A stretch of 64,000 bases of DNA from an uncultured Porphyromonadaceae bacterium (lineage in GTDB: Bacteria; Bacteroidota; Bacteroidia; Bacteroidales; UBA12481): positions 18,378 through 82,377 of the forward strand of contig CAZJNQ010000002.1 of assembly GCA_964547475.1 (NCBI GenBank), in the 5' to 3' direction. A program made the translations under genes and the position numbers. Below are positions 19,146 through 28,213 of the stretch, one piece after another (position 1 is the first letter of the stretch; each line of letters starts with the position of its first letter). Under the pieces are notes generated by a model. The model saw only the letters and a list, made by a program, of their open reading frames with translations. It searched no databases and was not told where the DNA came from.

Positions 19146-19694
19146 ATGATGACGGCAAAGGAATTCAACGATCTTGTCATACCGCTCAGCAAGCAGCTCT
19201 ACAGGTATGCTTTTCGCTACCTGGAAGACAAGGATGATTCCCAGGATGCCGTTCAGGAGGTCTTTGTCAAACTGTGGAATATGCGGTCTGAACTGGCCGG
19301 TTTAAGAAATGTGGAAGCTTTTGCCATTCGGGTGATGAGGAACTATTGCCTCGACCGGTTTAAATCAAAAAAAACCATCCGCCTTGATGCTGCAGGGTAT
19401 TTTGGCAACAGAATGACGGAGGAGCCGGGCCCTGACAGAAGCATGGAAATATCCGATTCCCTGACCCTGATCAGGAGAGTTATTGACGAAATGCCGGAGC
19501 CTCAGCGCTCGGTGGTCAGATTGAGAGACATCGAAGGATATGATAATGACGAAATTGCAGAGATACTGGGTATGGCTAACGGAACCATCAGGGTGATTTT
19601 ATCAAGGGGAAGAAATAGGATACGTTCAGTATTTGCAAAATATTATGGTTATGAAAACGAACGAAATAAAAATCTTGTTGCAGAAATTCTTTGA
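19146..19694 (+). CDS. ECF-type RNA polymerase sigma-70 factor
   Basis: Region 2 is DAVQEVFVKLWNMRSEL...FAIRVMRNYCLDRFKSKK. Region 4 is PEPQRSVVRLRDIEGYDNDEIAEILGMANGTIRVILSRGRNRIR. Confidence 0.9.
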   Translation: MMTAKEFNDLVIPLSKQLYRYAFRYLEDKDDSQDAVQEVFVKLWNMRSELAGLRNVEAFAIRVMRNYCLDRFKSKKTIRLDAAGYFGNRMTEEPGPDRSMEISDSLTLIRRVIDEMPEPQRSVVRLRDIEGYDNDEIAEILGMANGTIRVILSRGRNRIRSVFAKYYGYENERNKNLVAEIL

Positions 19695-20220
19695 CGGCAA
19701 AACAACCCCCGTTGAAGAAACCATGCTCGAGGATTTTTTCCTGGATGGAGATTCCCATCCCGGGATGGAAGCGGAAGCAATGATGTTCCACGAACTGGTG
19801 AATATCCGTGATGAGAAAATAATTGTACCCGAGAATCTCGAAGAACTGGTCATACAAAAGCTGGAACCCTTGCAAAGGCAATCCGGCAGCAGTAACAGGC
19901 GTCTGGTTTATTACCTGATGAGTGCCGCTGCAGCATTGTTTCTGATAGTATCCACCTTCCTCATGTTGAACAGACAGGATCAGGTGATGGCGATCACTGA
20001 CCCACAGTTGGCCTATGCAGAATCAAAACAGGCCCTGGTAACCGTTTCAGAAATGCTGAACAGGGGTAGAGCCAGTCTGGCCGGTTTGAACAAGATTAAC
20101 GCAGCTGTAGAACCCTTGCAAGCTTTTTCCTCACTGGATAAAGCAACCCGTGAACTGCAGGTGCTTTCAAGATTGGGAGATGCCTTGAAAACCACCAACA
20201 GAATTGCTAAAGACAAGTAA
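19651..20220 (+). CDS. Putative single-pass anti-sigma factor
   Basis: N-terminal cytoplasmic segment MKTNEIKILLQKFFDGKTTPVEETMLEDFF and one TM helix (LVYYLMSAAAALFLIVSTFLML). It lies directly after, and overlaps, the ECF sigma gene. Start is ATG 19651 or 19645; the ORF-track start at 19633 is TTG. Confidence 0.7.
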   Translation: MKTNEIKILLQKFFDGKTTPVEETMLEDFFLDGDSHPGMEAEAMMFHELVNIRDEKIIVPENLEELVIQKLEPLQRQSGSSNRRLVYYLMSAAAALFLIVSTFLMLNRQDQVMAITDPQLAYAESKQALVTVSEMLNRGRASLAGLNKINAAVEPLQAFSSLDKATRELQVLSRLGDALKTTNRIAKDK

Positions 20221-20230
20221 AAATCAGGTT

Positions 20231-20743
20231 ATGAAAAAAATAGTATCGGTTCTGATGATCGTGGCTCTGCCTGTCCTGGCATCAGCTCAAAATAAGGCCA
20301 TTGAACAGATGTTTCATAAATATTCAGGCAAGGATGGTTTTACATCCATCGTGATCACAAAAAACATGTTCCAGCTTTTTGCGAATGTCGAAAATCCGGA
20401 GAATGATGATTTTCTCCGGACCGTTAAAAATCTGGATTTCATTAAGATTCTGACAGCCAAGGGAGAAGCGTCGGGGAATGCGTTCTATAAGGAAGTCATG
20501 GAATTACTGCCGGAAAAAGACTACAAGGAGTTGATGGTCATGCAGGAATCCGGGGAAGAAGTCAAGTTCATGACAGCGGAGAAGGACGGGGTTATCCGGG
20601 AGTTGATCATGGTATCAAGGAGTCGCGATGAGAGCGCCATGATCTGGATGGCGGGAATCATTGACATGAAAACGGTGGGCAAGATCGCCCAAAGTATGAA
20701 TATTGAAGGAATGGACGATCTGAACCGGGCCGAGAAGAAATAG
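20231..20743 (+). CDS. DUF4252-type secreted protein
   Basis: Signal peptide MKKIVSVLMIVALPVLASAQ, then FHKYSGKDGFTSIVITKNMFQLF, which is typical of DUF4252 proteins found after sigma/anti-sigma pairs in Bacteroidota. Confidence 0.8.
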   Translation: MKKIVSVLMIVALPVLASAQNKAIEQMFHKYSGKDGFTSIVITKNMFQLFANVENPENDDFLRTVKNLDFIKILTAKGEASGNAFYKEVMELLPEKDYKELMVMQESGEEVKFMTAEKDGVIRELIMVSRSRDESAMIWMAGIIDMKTVGKIAQSMNIEGMDDLNRAEKK

Positions 20744-20749
20744 AGGGGA

Positions 20750-22012
20750 TCATATCCCTTTCTTCAGTTCCAGAAGGGTAATCTCAGGCCACATCCCAAC
20801 CCTGCTGGGAAAGGCGAGGTACCCCAGTCCCCGGTTAACATAAAGGTATTGATTGCCATCACGGTAAAGCCCAGCCCAATATTTATACATGAGTTGTGAC
20901 GGGCTGACTTTGATTGGGCCGATTTCAATTCCGATCTGGAAACCGTGAGTGTGGCCCGCGAGGGTCAGACTGATCCTGCCGTCATCCAGGACACCATGGT
21001 TCCAGTGATCAGGATTATGAGACATGAGTACTACAAATCCATCCTCTGGAATACCCTTCATGGCTTTCGCCAAATCTCCATATCGCTTAAAGGGAGGCAT
21101 TCCCCAATTCTCGACTCCGGCCAGGTAGATCCTCTGGCCATTCGATTCGATAGGAATGTTTTCATTTCGCAGAACAGTGAATCCCATGGCCTGCTGATGC
21201 CGTAGAATCTCCTGGAAATTAATAGCTTTCTTCTGCGGTGAGTCCCAATCAGAATAATCGCCATAATCATGATTACCCAGAACTGAGTATTTACCCAGCC
21301 GGGCTCCCATTCTTGACCACAAATCAGTCCAGCCGTTCATCTCGGAGGCGAAGTTATTGACCATATCGCCTGTGAACAGCAGTAAATCGGGTTTGATTTC
21401 ATTGACTATTTCCACGACTTCTTCCAGTTTCTCCCTGTGACTGAAGAAGCCTCCCAGGTGAGCGTCTGACAGTTGAACGATCCTTAATCCGTCAAAGGCT
21501 TCAGGAAGATCATTAAAAGTTATTTCGGAGTGATGCACAGTAAATCTGAACCGGCCCCAGCCTATGCCGTGGATTATTCCGAGAAATGGCAGCGAGGTAA
21601 ATAAAACCCCGGCTTTTCTGATAAATTCCCTCCGGGAGGAAACGGAATCTTCAGTAACCAGTGACTCTTTGAACTTTCTTCGAGGTTTGAGCCTGATCAA
21701 GAGTTGCCGGATATCGTGGAGGATTTCAAAAAACACATAAGAGAACTTGATGCCGAATTGTATGATGAAGATTCCCAGGAAACCAAGGAGCCTCCGGTAC
21801 CGTATTTCCTCTTCAGGCTTATGCTCATAATTCAGGTAGAAGGCAAAAATACCGATGAGGATGAGGAGGCTGAACAGGATGTAGGTCAACAAAACAGTTC
21901 TTCTCAGCGCGGGCTTTTTGCCTTTCAGGAGGCCGGACAGTCCTTTCAGAACGTACAGATCAATAAGGATAATGACAGGAATGAGGAAAAGAACTGAATG
22001 AAAGGACCGCAT
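20750..22012 (-). CDS. Membrane-anchored calcineurin-like metallophosphoesterase (YkuE-like)
   Basis: Phosphoesterase motifs QLSDAHLG, FTGDMVNN, LGNHDYG and AGHTHG. There are three N-terminal TM helices, then an internal twin-arginine-like motif SRREFIRKAG. Confidence 0.88.
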   Translation of the reverse strand: MRSFHSVLFLIPVIILIDLYVLKGLSGLLKGKKPALRRTVLLTYILFSLLILIGIFAFYLNYEHKPEEEIRYRRLLGFLGIFIIQFGIKFSYVFFEILHDIRQLLIRLKPRRKFKESLVTEDSVSSRREFIRKAGVLFTSLPFLGIIHGIGWGRFRFTVHHSEITFNDLPEAFDGLRIVQLSDAHLGGFFSHREKLEEVVEIVNEIKPDLLLFTGDMVNNFASEMNGWTDLWSRMGARLGKYSVLGNHDYGDYSDWDSPQKKAINFQEILRHQQAMGFTVLRNENIPIESNGQRIYLAGVENWGMPPFKRYGDLAKAMKGIPEDGFVVLMSHNPDHWNHGVLDDGRISLTLAGHTHGFQIGIEIGPIKVSPSQLMYKYWAGLYRDGNQYLYVNRGLGYLAFPSRVGMWPEITLLELKKGI

Positions 22013-22096
22013 TAACTGTTAAACCAATAATGGAACAATAAGTAAGCTCTATCCGTTAAATTATCTGACAAGCAACAATCCTGATATCACGGGGTG

Positions 22097-22104
22097 CAAA
22101 ATTA
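22097..22104 (-). promoter_or_regulatory. Bacteroidota -7 promoter box (TAATTTTG) upstream of the metallophosphoesterase gene
   Basis: Reverse strand reads TAATTTTG, an exact TAnnTTTG, with cTTG 20 nt further upstream as a -33-like element. It lies about 85 nt upstream of ATG 22012. Confidence 0.4.
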
Positions 22105-22154
22105 GAGCTTTATTATTTCATTTACAAGTGATTTAATAACCCGGGGAGGGAGTA

Positions 22155-22850
22155 ATGGAAAACCTGCTCAAGCGTTATCTTGACATGCGGCTTTCGAACG
22201 AGCCTGCAATATCAAGGCAGGGACCGGTTGTCACCTTGTCGCGGGAATGTGGTTGCCCCAGCAAGAAACTGGCTGCCCTCATGGTGGAGAAGTTGGCGGG
22301 TGTCAGCCGAAAGCCTTATGGTCCGCCAGTAGCCTGGAAGTGGATCGGTAAAGAATTACTGGAACAAGCTGCTGCCGATCTGCAAGTCAGCCCGAAGGAT
22401 ATCGACCATGTATTTCAGTATGAGGAACACTCCCTCGTGGATGATATACTTGCGGCCACTAAAAAGACCGGAAAATACCGGACTGACCGTGCCATATACA
22501 ATTCCATTGGCAAAGTCATACGGACCTTTGGTGAGAACGGCCACGTGATTATTGTCGGTCGGGCAGGCATGGCACTGACACGTCATATTCCCCTTTCGCT
22601 TCATGTAAGGCTGATCGCCCCTCTTGAATGGCGCATCACCAGCTCCAAGGCAATATTCAATCTGAACCGCGATGAAGCTGTAAAATGGGTTGCAAACAAG
22701 GATGAAAACCGGAAGAAATTTTTGGAATATTACCTGGGACGGAAGTTCACCATGGATGATTTCGATGTGGTCTATAATTGCGCCACCTGGGACCTGGCAG
22801 ACATAGCCGACTCCTTAATTAACCTGATGAAAGTGAAGAAGCTCATCTGA
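22155..22850 (+). CDS. Cytidylate kinase-like family protein (AAA-like, function unknown)
   Basis: 231 aa. The N-terminal VVTLSRECGCPSKKLAALMVEKL resembles the ISREYGSGG...LA motif of the cytidylate_kin2 family, not a canonical Walker A. Confidence 0.7.
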   Translation: MENLLKRYLDMRLSNEPAISRQGPVVTLSRECGCPSKKLAALMVEKLAGVSRKPYGPPVAWKWIGKELLEQAAADLQVSPKDIDHVFQYEEHSLVDDILAATKKTGKYRTDRAIYNSIGKVIRTFGENGHVIIVGRAGMALTRHIPLSLHVRLIAPLEWRITSSKAIFNLNRDEAVKWVANKDENRKKFLEYYLGRKFTMDDFDVVYNCATWDLADIADSLINLMKVKKLI

Positions 22851-23618
22851 TCAGATCTTCTCAACATCGGATGCAAGCACCCATGCTTCATTTCCGTCAG
22901 GCAGCCGGATCCGGATCCACGAGCCAACCTGATCGGTTATCTTCACTTTCAGACCCTCATGCACAACAAACAGGTCAGTCCCGCTATTGTCAGGAGAACT
23001 CTTTGCCGTCACTGAAGGTGTGAAAACAATGGCATAATTCCCATGTCGGACTATCCTGCTTTGAACCACGGATAAGCTAATGGAAGTAATCCAGAGGACC
23101 AGAAGAATGATTCCGAACGAGAAAAAAAATTGCCGGAAGCGACTTGACCGTTTGGCGTAAAGAAATACAACTACTACCCCCAACAACGCAAATGTGACCA
23201 GGCTGATGATTGCCCAGCCGTTGATTCCTAAGGAAGAGGCTGCAGTAGCTATCCATCGCTTGATAAAAAATTCGTTGACAGGGTTGATCCTGTCTATAAC
23301 GATTTGATTGGCAAGGTTTAAATTGAACCTGATATCCTCATCGCGCGGACTTAACAACAGGGCCCGCTCATAGAATAAGATGGCATAGGGGATCTGCCCC
23401 GTCTTGTAAAAAGCATTGGCCGTATTATAATACAGGGCAGCCGAATGATAACCGGCGTTGACAATCTTCAGGTATTCGTCCCGTGCATCGGCATATTTCC
23501 CATTCAGGAACAACTGATCAGCACGTTCCAGCTGATTTTTCACCAGAGCGGATTGGCACTCGGCTGGCATATGCAGGGTGAAAGCCAACAATGACAAGAG
23601 AAGGATTCTGATTAACAT
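22851..23618 (-). CDS. batE: BatE-type TPR + SH3 domain membrane protein
   Basis: Signal peptide, TPR repeats (GKYADARDEYLKIV, AALYYNTANAFYKTGQIPYAILFYERALLLSP), TM helices, and a C-terminal SH3-like GSWIRIRLPDGNEAWVLASDV. It is the last gene of the Bat operon. Confidence 0.82.
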   Translation of the reverse strand: MLIRILLLSLLAFTLHMPAECQSALVKNQLERADQLFLNGKYADARDEYLKIVNAGYHSAALYYNTANAFYKTGQIPYAILFYERALLLSPRDEDIRFNLNLANQIVIDRINPVNEFFIKRWIATAASSLGINGWAIISLVTFALLGVVVVFLYAKRSSRFRQFFFSFGIILLVLWITSISLSVVQSRIVRHGNYAIVFTPSVTAKSSPDNSGTDLFVVHEGLKVKITDQVGSWIRIRLPDGNEAWVLASDVEKI

Positions 23619-23619
23619 G

Positions 23620-25452
23620 TCACCTCCGGTAAGATTTTTCTATTTGCACGATAATATCCTCCGATTGGTTCAGGAGTTTATTGAAATCCGCTTCCCCAGA
23701 TGAAGGCGCATAACGCAAGTATTCAGCCTGGTCAATAATGCTGATCAGGTCTGTGATGATATCCGGAGGAACCATTTTATCCGACAGCAGCCCAACGATG
23801 CTGGTGCGGTTCAGTTCCGCAAGTTCAAGGTTGAATTTATCGCTCAGGTAACCCCACAATCCTTTCAGCAGGGTTTCAAGGAACAAATCCTGCTTTCCTT
23901 CATTCAGGCATGCCCTTGCTTTGCTGAGCTGCCTGCGGCTGACTGATCTTGCTTTTCTGAAACGGGTTCCTTCAACATCAATCTGATTTTTAAGCTGATA
24001 TCTATAATATCCTAACGCAAGTATCAGTAATAAAGCAATCACGATATAGCAGAAATAAAAGCTCGTGGATGATAAAAAATAGCCAATAGTCCGTTTTAAG
24101 CTGTTTTTACCGGTTTTAATAAAGCGGATATCCTGACCGATGACCCTGATATCCTCTTTTCCTGGCGTGCTGATCAGGGTAGGATCTGATTCGGTGTCAC
24201 CTTTGGTCACATTCAAACTCAACGGATCACTGGAGTACGTCTTGTATTGGGCGGATGATGGGTCAAAATAAGAAAAGCTCCAGGCTGGAATTTCGAAAGT
24301 GCCTACATGACGAGGGATAATCAGGTATTCAAAGGTCTTGCTTCCGGAAATCCCGTTCTCACCGGTTTCGATGTTATCCGTGATTTTGGGATCGTAAACC
24401 TCCAGGTCAGCCGGAAACCGGATTGAGGGCATTTCAATCAGCTTCAGGTTGCCTTTGCCTCTTAAACTGATCTTCAGTGAGACTGCCTCGTTGGTTTTTG
24501 CCTCTGTTTTATCCAGCGCAGTGGTTAATGAAAAGGATCCGACAGCTCCGGTGAATCCTGCTGGCTGGCTTCCCGGAAAAGGTTTGACTTGAATGTGAAC
24601 CTCCGGGCTGACGATTTTACGGCTGATAGTTTCATAACCGCCAAAAAAACCATCAGAGAAAAAATCATCAAACGGACTTCTTTGCCTTTTGCTCTGGACA
24701 TTGACGAAACATTCAACCTCAAATGGCTCGATAGTGATGGTTCCCGTTTGCTGCGGAACCAGGATGGACTTCCTGATGATGCCCATGTTGTATACCTGCC
24801 CGTTATAGTTGACCCTTTCGAGCCCGATCTGCCCAGGGGTGGATATCTCCTGATTCCAGAATCCCTGGAAGGAGGGCAGCTTCATTTCACCAAGCCGGGC
24901 CAGGTTAACACGGGTATAAAGCTTGATCGCCACGAAGATTTGTTCTCCCTTGTAAACCTGCTTGCGATCGGTTTCGATTCTGGCAAACAGATCTGCCGGG
25001 GCAATTCCCGACTGGTCCGGCGCGGTTTGACCGCTTTCCTGTCTCTGTTGTCCTTTGTTGGCAGCGACTACTTCAATGGCAACCGGCTTCGATGAATAAA
25101 TCTTGTTCTGAACGGTTGCTATTGCCGGCGGCAGGGTAAAGGTGCCCCGGGTTGTTGCCTGAAGAGTATAGTTGTAGGTATAGAATGCCGACTGATTGAC
25201 TTTACCGTTGATGATCTGGGTACTCATATTGGTGGCCAGCATCGGTCCATTGAAAAGAAAACCTTCGATTTTCGGACCGTTGAAGTTCTCACATTTGGCA
25301 TTTATGGTATATGAGAGCCTGAATACTTCCCCTTCGGAAACGACTTTGGGAACTTCAACCGTTAGCTCAATATTTTCCTGTGCGTTGAGAATCTCCGGAA
25401 GAAACACCCAACCTGCAAAACAGATCAGAATGATATGTGCAAGCCTATTCAT
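23620..25452 (-). CDS. batD: BatD-type oxygen-tolerance protein
   Basis: About 610 aa with a signal peptide, repeated Ig-like segments and a late TM helix (FYFCYIVIALLLILALGYY). ATG 25452 overlaps the batC stop as TAATG. The ORF-track start at 25458 is TTG. Confidence 0.82.
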   Translation of the reverse strand: MNRLAHIILICFAGWVFLPEILNAQENIELTVEVPKVVSEGEVFRLSYTINAKCENFNGPKIEGFLFNGPMLATNMSTQIINGKVNQSAFYTYNYTLQATTRGTFTLPPAIATVQNKIYSSKPVAIEVVAANKGQQRQESGQTAPDQSGIAPADLFARIETDRKQVYKGEQIFVAIKLYTRVNLARLGEMKLPSFQGFWNQEISTPGQIGLERVNYNGQVYNMGIIRKSILVPQQTGTITIEPFEVECFVNVQSKRQRSPFDDFFSDGFFGGYETISRKIVSPEVHIQVKPFPGSQPAGFTGAVGSFSLTTALDKTEAKTNEAVSLKISLRGKGNLKLIEMPSIRFPADLEVYDPKITDNIETGENGISGSKTFEYLIIPRHVGTFEIPAWSFSYFDPSSAQYKTYSSDPLSLNVTKGDTESDPTLISTPGKEDIRVIGQDIRFIKTGKNSLKRTIGYFLSSTSFYFCYIVIALLLILALGYYRYQLKNQIDVEGTRFRKARSVSRRQLSKARACLNEGKQDLFLETLLKGLWGYLSDKFNLELAELNRTSIVGLLSDKMVPPDIITDLISIIDQAEYLRYAPSSGEADFNKLLNQSEDIIVQIEKSYRR

Positions 25453-26150
25453 TACCAATCTTTTATACTTCTGACTCTAGCAGCCGCAGCTTTCTCTTTT
25501 TTAACCTTTTCTTGTACTTTCTTTTCATTCCTCGCGATTGCCTCGAGCAACCGTTTGGCATCTTCCTTTGAGATCTTTACAGGCTGTGGCTGTTGATTTT
25601 CCTTGTCGTCAGATGCTTGAGGTTGCTGCTGGCCCTGGTCTTTTTGTTGTTCCGCCGCAGTTTTATCCTTATCCTGCTGATCCTGTTCATTCTGGTCTTG
25701 AGGTTGTTGTTGCTGCTGCTGTTGCTGCTTCTTTAAATTTTGTGCATAAGCCAGGTTATATTTGGTATCCAGGTCGACCGGATTTTTTCGCAGCGCTTCC
25801 TTGTAAGCTTCAATGCTCTCGTCAATTTTGCCCGCCTTGAGGTTGGCATTACCTAAATTATGCCATGCTCTGGCAGCGTCTATTTTGCTCGCTTCCCTGC
25901 CCGAAATCGATTCAAATTGCTGGAGAGCTTCTTCAAATTTCTCCTGGCGATAGAGAGCATCACCCAGGTTAAATGTCGCCACGGTACTCCTTGGGTCCCC
26001 GGATAATGCTTTCCGGTAAGCAGTTTCCGATTCAGAAAATTTCTCACCGATGAACAACCGGTTTCCCTGACGGATCTCATTCCTGGAAGGCTGTCCTGAA
26101 ACATCCCAGGAAGTAATCGTGACAAGAATCAACAGCAGCAGTCGTTTCAT
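25452..26150 (-). CDS. batC: BatC-type TPR protein with Gln/Asp-rich linker
   Basis: 232 aa with a signal peptide, TPR repeats (FNLGDALYRQEKFEEALQQF, WHNLGNANLKAGKIDESIEAYKEALRKNP), then a Q/D/K-rich low-complexity tail. Confidence 0.82.
   Translation of the reverse strand: MKRLLLLILVTITSWDVSGQPSRNEIRQGNRLFIGEKFSESETAYRKALSGDPRSTVATFNLGDALYRQEKFEEALQQFESISGREASKIDAARAWHNLGNANLKAGKIDESIEAYKEALRKNPVDLDTKYNLAYAQNLKKQQQQQQQQPQDQNEQDQQDKDKTAAEQQKDQGQQQPQASDDKENQQPQPVKISKEDAKRLLEAIARNEKKVQEKVKKEKAAAARVRSIKDW
25704..25727. repeat. Imperfect trinucleotide repeat (YTG)8, equal to (CAR)8 on the coding strand, inside batC
   Basis: TTGTTGTTGCTGCTGCTGTTGCTG encodes a run of eight Gln. The surrounding region is also CAG/CAA/GAT rich. 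Confidence 0.9.
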
Positions 26151-27208
26151 TTTTTCCGGTTATGGGCAGCAATTAGCTGAAGTTTTCGGATCCAGCCACT
26201 TTTACGGCTGGATACAAAAGTATCTATTATCAGCAGCACGAGAGCAAAACCAGCATAGTAAACAAATTGCTCATCATATTCGGAATAGATTTTCATTCCG
26301 ATCTCCTCCTTCTCCATTTTATTCATCTCATCAAGGATATTATTCAGCCCGGTCCTTGAAGAAGTCGCCCTGACATAGATCCCGCCGGTTGCAGAGGCAA
26401 TGTCCCTCAGCAGGGATTCATTCAACTTGGTGATAACCACCTTGCCATCAATATCTTTCCGGTAATCGGTTACCCCGCTGGCATTTGAGACGGGTATCGG
26501 CACACCCTGTGGCGATCCTATCCCGATGGTATGGACCAGAATTCCCGCTTCCGCTGCTTCTTTGGCGGCTTCCATCGCACCTTCCTCATGGTTTTCTCCG
26601 TCAGTGATGATCACAATGGCACGGCTTTTCTCCGTCTCAGGAGTAAAAGACCTCATTCCCAGCCTTATGGCACTGGCAACTGAAGTTCCCTGTTTAGGTA
26701 CAACCTGAGTATTGATCGAATTCAGGAATAGCTTCGCTGCACCGTAATCCGTAGTGATGGGCATTTGGATGTAAGCATCGCCGGCGAACACGATCAATCC
26801 TATTTTGTCGTTCTCAAGCCGGTCGACCATCCTGCTTATGGCCATTTTTGCGTTTTCAAGACGATTGGGTTGTATATCTTCAGCCAGCATGGAGTTTGAA
26901 ACATCGAGTGCAATAATGATCTCTATTCCCTTGCGCTTGACTTCAGTCAGCTTGGAGCCGTATTGAGGCCGGGCGATAGCTGTTATCATGAGTCCCAGGC
27001 TGATTGTCCAGAGGGCGAACCTGATCATTGTGCCGGTAAATGAGACATCAGGCATCAACCTTCCAACCAAAGACTTGTCACCCCAGGAGTTCAGTTTATG
27101 GATATAGATCCTCCTGACCAGAATAAATAAGAGGATGAGAGCTGGCAGCACCAGCAGGAATATTAGCAGTTTTTCATCACCGAATCTGAATGCCCGTTCC
27201 ATACTCAT
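26147..27208 (-). CDS. batB: BatB-type von Willebrand factor A domain membrane protein
   Basis: N-terminal TM helices, MIDAS ALDVSNSM, IVIITDGENH, and a C-terminal TM helix. Overlaps batC by 4 nt. Confidence 0.88.
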   Translation of the reverse strand: MSMERAFRFGDEKLLIFLLVLPALILLFILVRRIYIHKLNSWGDKSLVGRLMPDVSFTGTMIRFALWTISLGLMITAIARPQYGSKLTEVKRKGIEIIIALDVSNSMLAEDIQPNRLENAKMAISRMVDRLENDKIGLIVFAGDAYIQMPITTDYGAAKLFLNSINTQVVPKQGTSVASAIRLGMRSFTPETEKSRAIVIITDGENHEEGAMEAAKEAAEAGILVHTIGIGSPQGVPIPVSNASGVTDYRKDIDGKVVITKLNESLLRDIASATGGIYVRATSSRTGLNNILDEMNKMEKEEIGMKIYSEYDEQFVYYAGFALVLLIIDTFVSSRKSGWIRKLQLIAAHNRKK

Positions 27209-27217
27209 TCCAATTGA

Positions 27218-28213
27218 TTAATCCGGATTCTGTTTCAACAAAGTCAGCCGGAGTAATACTTCCATCAGCAAAAGCCCGATCGCCAACCATAGAAACTTTT
27301 GAAACTCTTCAGTCTTGCTACTGATCTCTTTGACATCTATCCTGGATTTTTCCATCTGGTCAATTTCCTGGTAAATATCCTTCAGTTTCTGATTATTGGT
27401 GGCCCTGAAATACTTGCCACTCGTCAGCGTGGCTATCTCTTTCAGAACCTGTTCATCAATCTCAACTTTAACATTTTGATACTGAATGCCAAAAGGGGTC
27501 CGGAAAGGGTAGGGGGCTGTACCCAATGATCCTACGCCAATGGTGTAGACCCGGATTCCAAAGGTTTTAGCAATCTCAGCAGCAGTCACGGGAGCAATTT
27601 CACCCCGGTTGTTCATCCCGTCGGTCAGCAGGATGATCACTTTGCTTTTCCCCTCCGAATCTTTCAGCCGGCTGACTGAATTGGCGAGGCCCATGCCAAT
27701 GGCGGTACCATCTTCAATAATACCGCTCTGGATTCCCTGGAAAAGATTGAGTAGAACGGCGTGGTCAGTGGTCAGGGGACACTGCGTGAATGATTCACCG
27801 CTGAAAACAACCAGACCGATGCGATCGTTATTCCTTCCCGCGATAAATTCAGACGCTACGGTTTTTGAAGCTTCCAGGCGATTGGGTTTAAGATCTTCTG
27901 CAAGCATGCTTCCCGAAATATCCAGATCAATAATAATATCGATCCCCTCCGTTGTGATGTTTTCCCATGACTCAGAGGATTGTGGCCGGGCTATTATTGT
28001 GATCAATAAAGCGATCACGGCCATACGGAGGATAAATGGAAGATGCCTGAGATAAGATTTCCATGATCCGGCAATGCCTGACAGAGGTTGAAGTCCTGAT
28101 ATGCGCAGGACCGGCTGGTTTTTTTGGTAGCTGAAAATGTACCAGGCTACCACCAGGGGCAGGCTTAGAAGAAGGTAGAGCCATTCGGGATGTGCGAAAT
28201 GGATATTGTTCAT
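27218..28213 (-). CDS. batA: BatA-type von Willebrand factor A domain membrane protein
   Basis: BatA N-terminal anchor (FAHPEWLYLLLSLPLVVAWYIF), MIDAS DLDISGSM, VIILLTDGMNN, and a C-terminal TM helix. Confidence 0.88.
   Translation of the reverse strand: MNNIHFAHPEWLYLLLSLPLVVAWYIFSYQKNQPVLRISGLQPLSGIAGSWKSYLRHLPFILRMAVIALLITIIARPQSSESWENITTEGIDIIIDLDISGSMLAEDLKPNRLEASKTVASEFIAGRNNDRIGLVVFSGESFTQCPLTTDHAVLLNLFQGIQSGIIEDGTAIGMGLANSVSRLKDSEGKSKVIILLTDGMNNRGEIAPVTAAEIAKTFGIRVYTIGVGSLGTAPYPFRTPFGIQYQNVKVEIDEQVLKEIATLTSGKYFRATNNQKLKDIYQEIDQMEKSRIDVKEISSKTEEFQKFLWLAIGLLLMEVLLRLTLLKQNPD

Noticed and set aside
22155-22850. Cytidylate-kinase-like protein lacking a canonical Walker A as a possible pseudo-kinase oddity
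   Set aside because: The degenerate SRExGxxxxxxA motif appears to be the normal state of this family (cytidylate_kin2-like). It is not a peculiarity of this gene.
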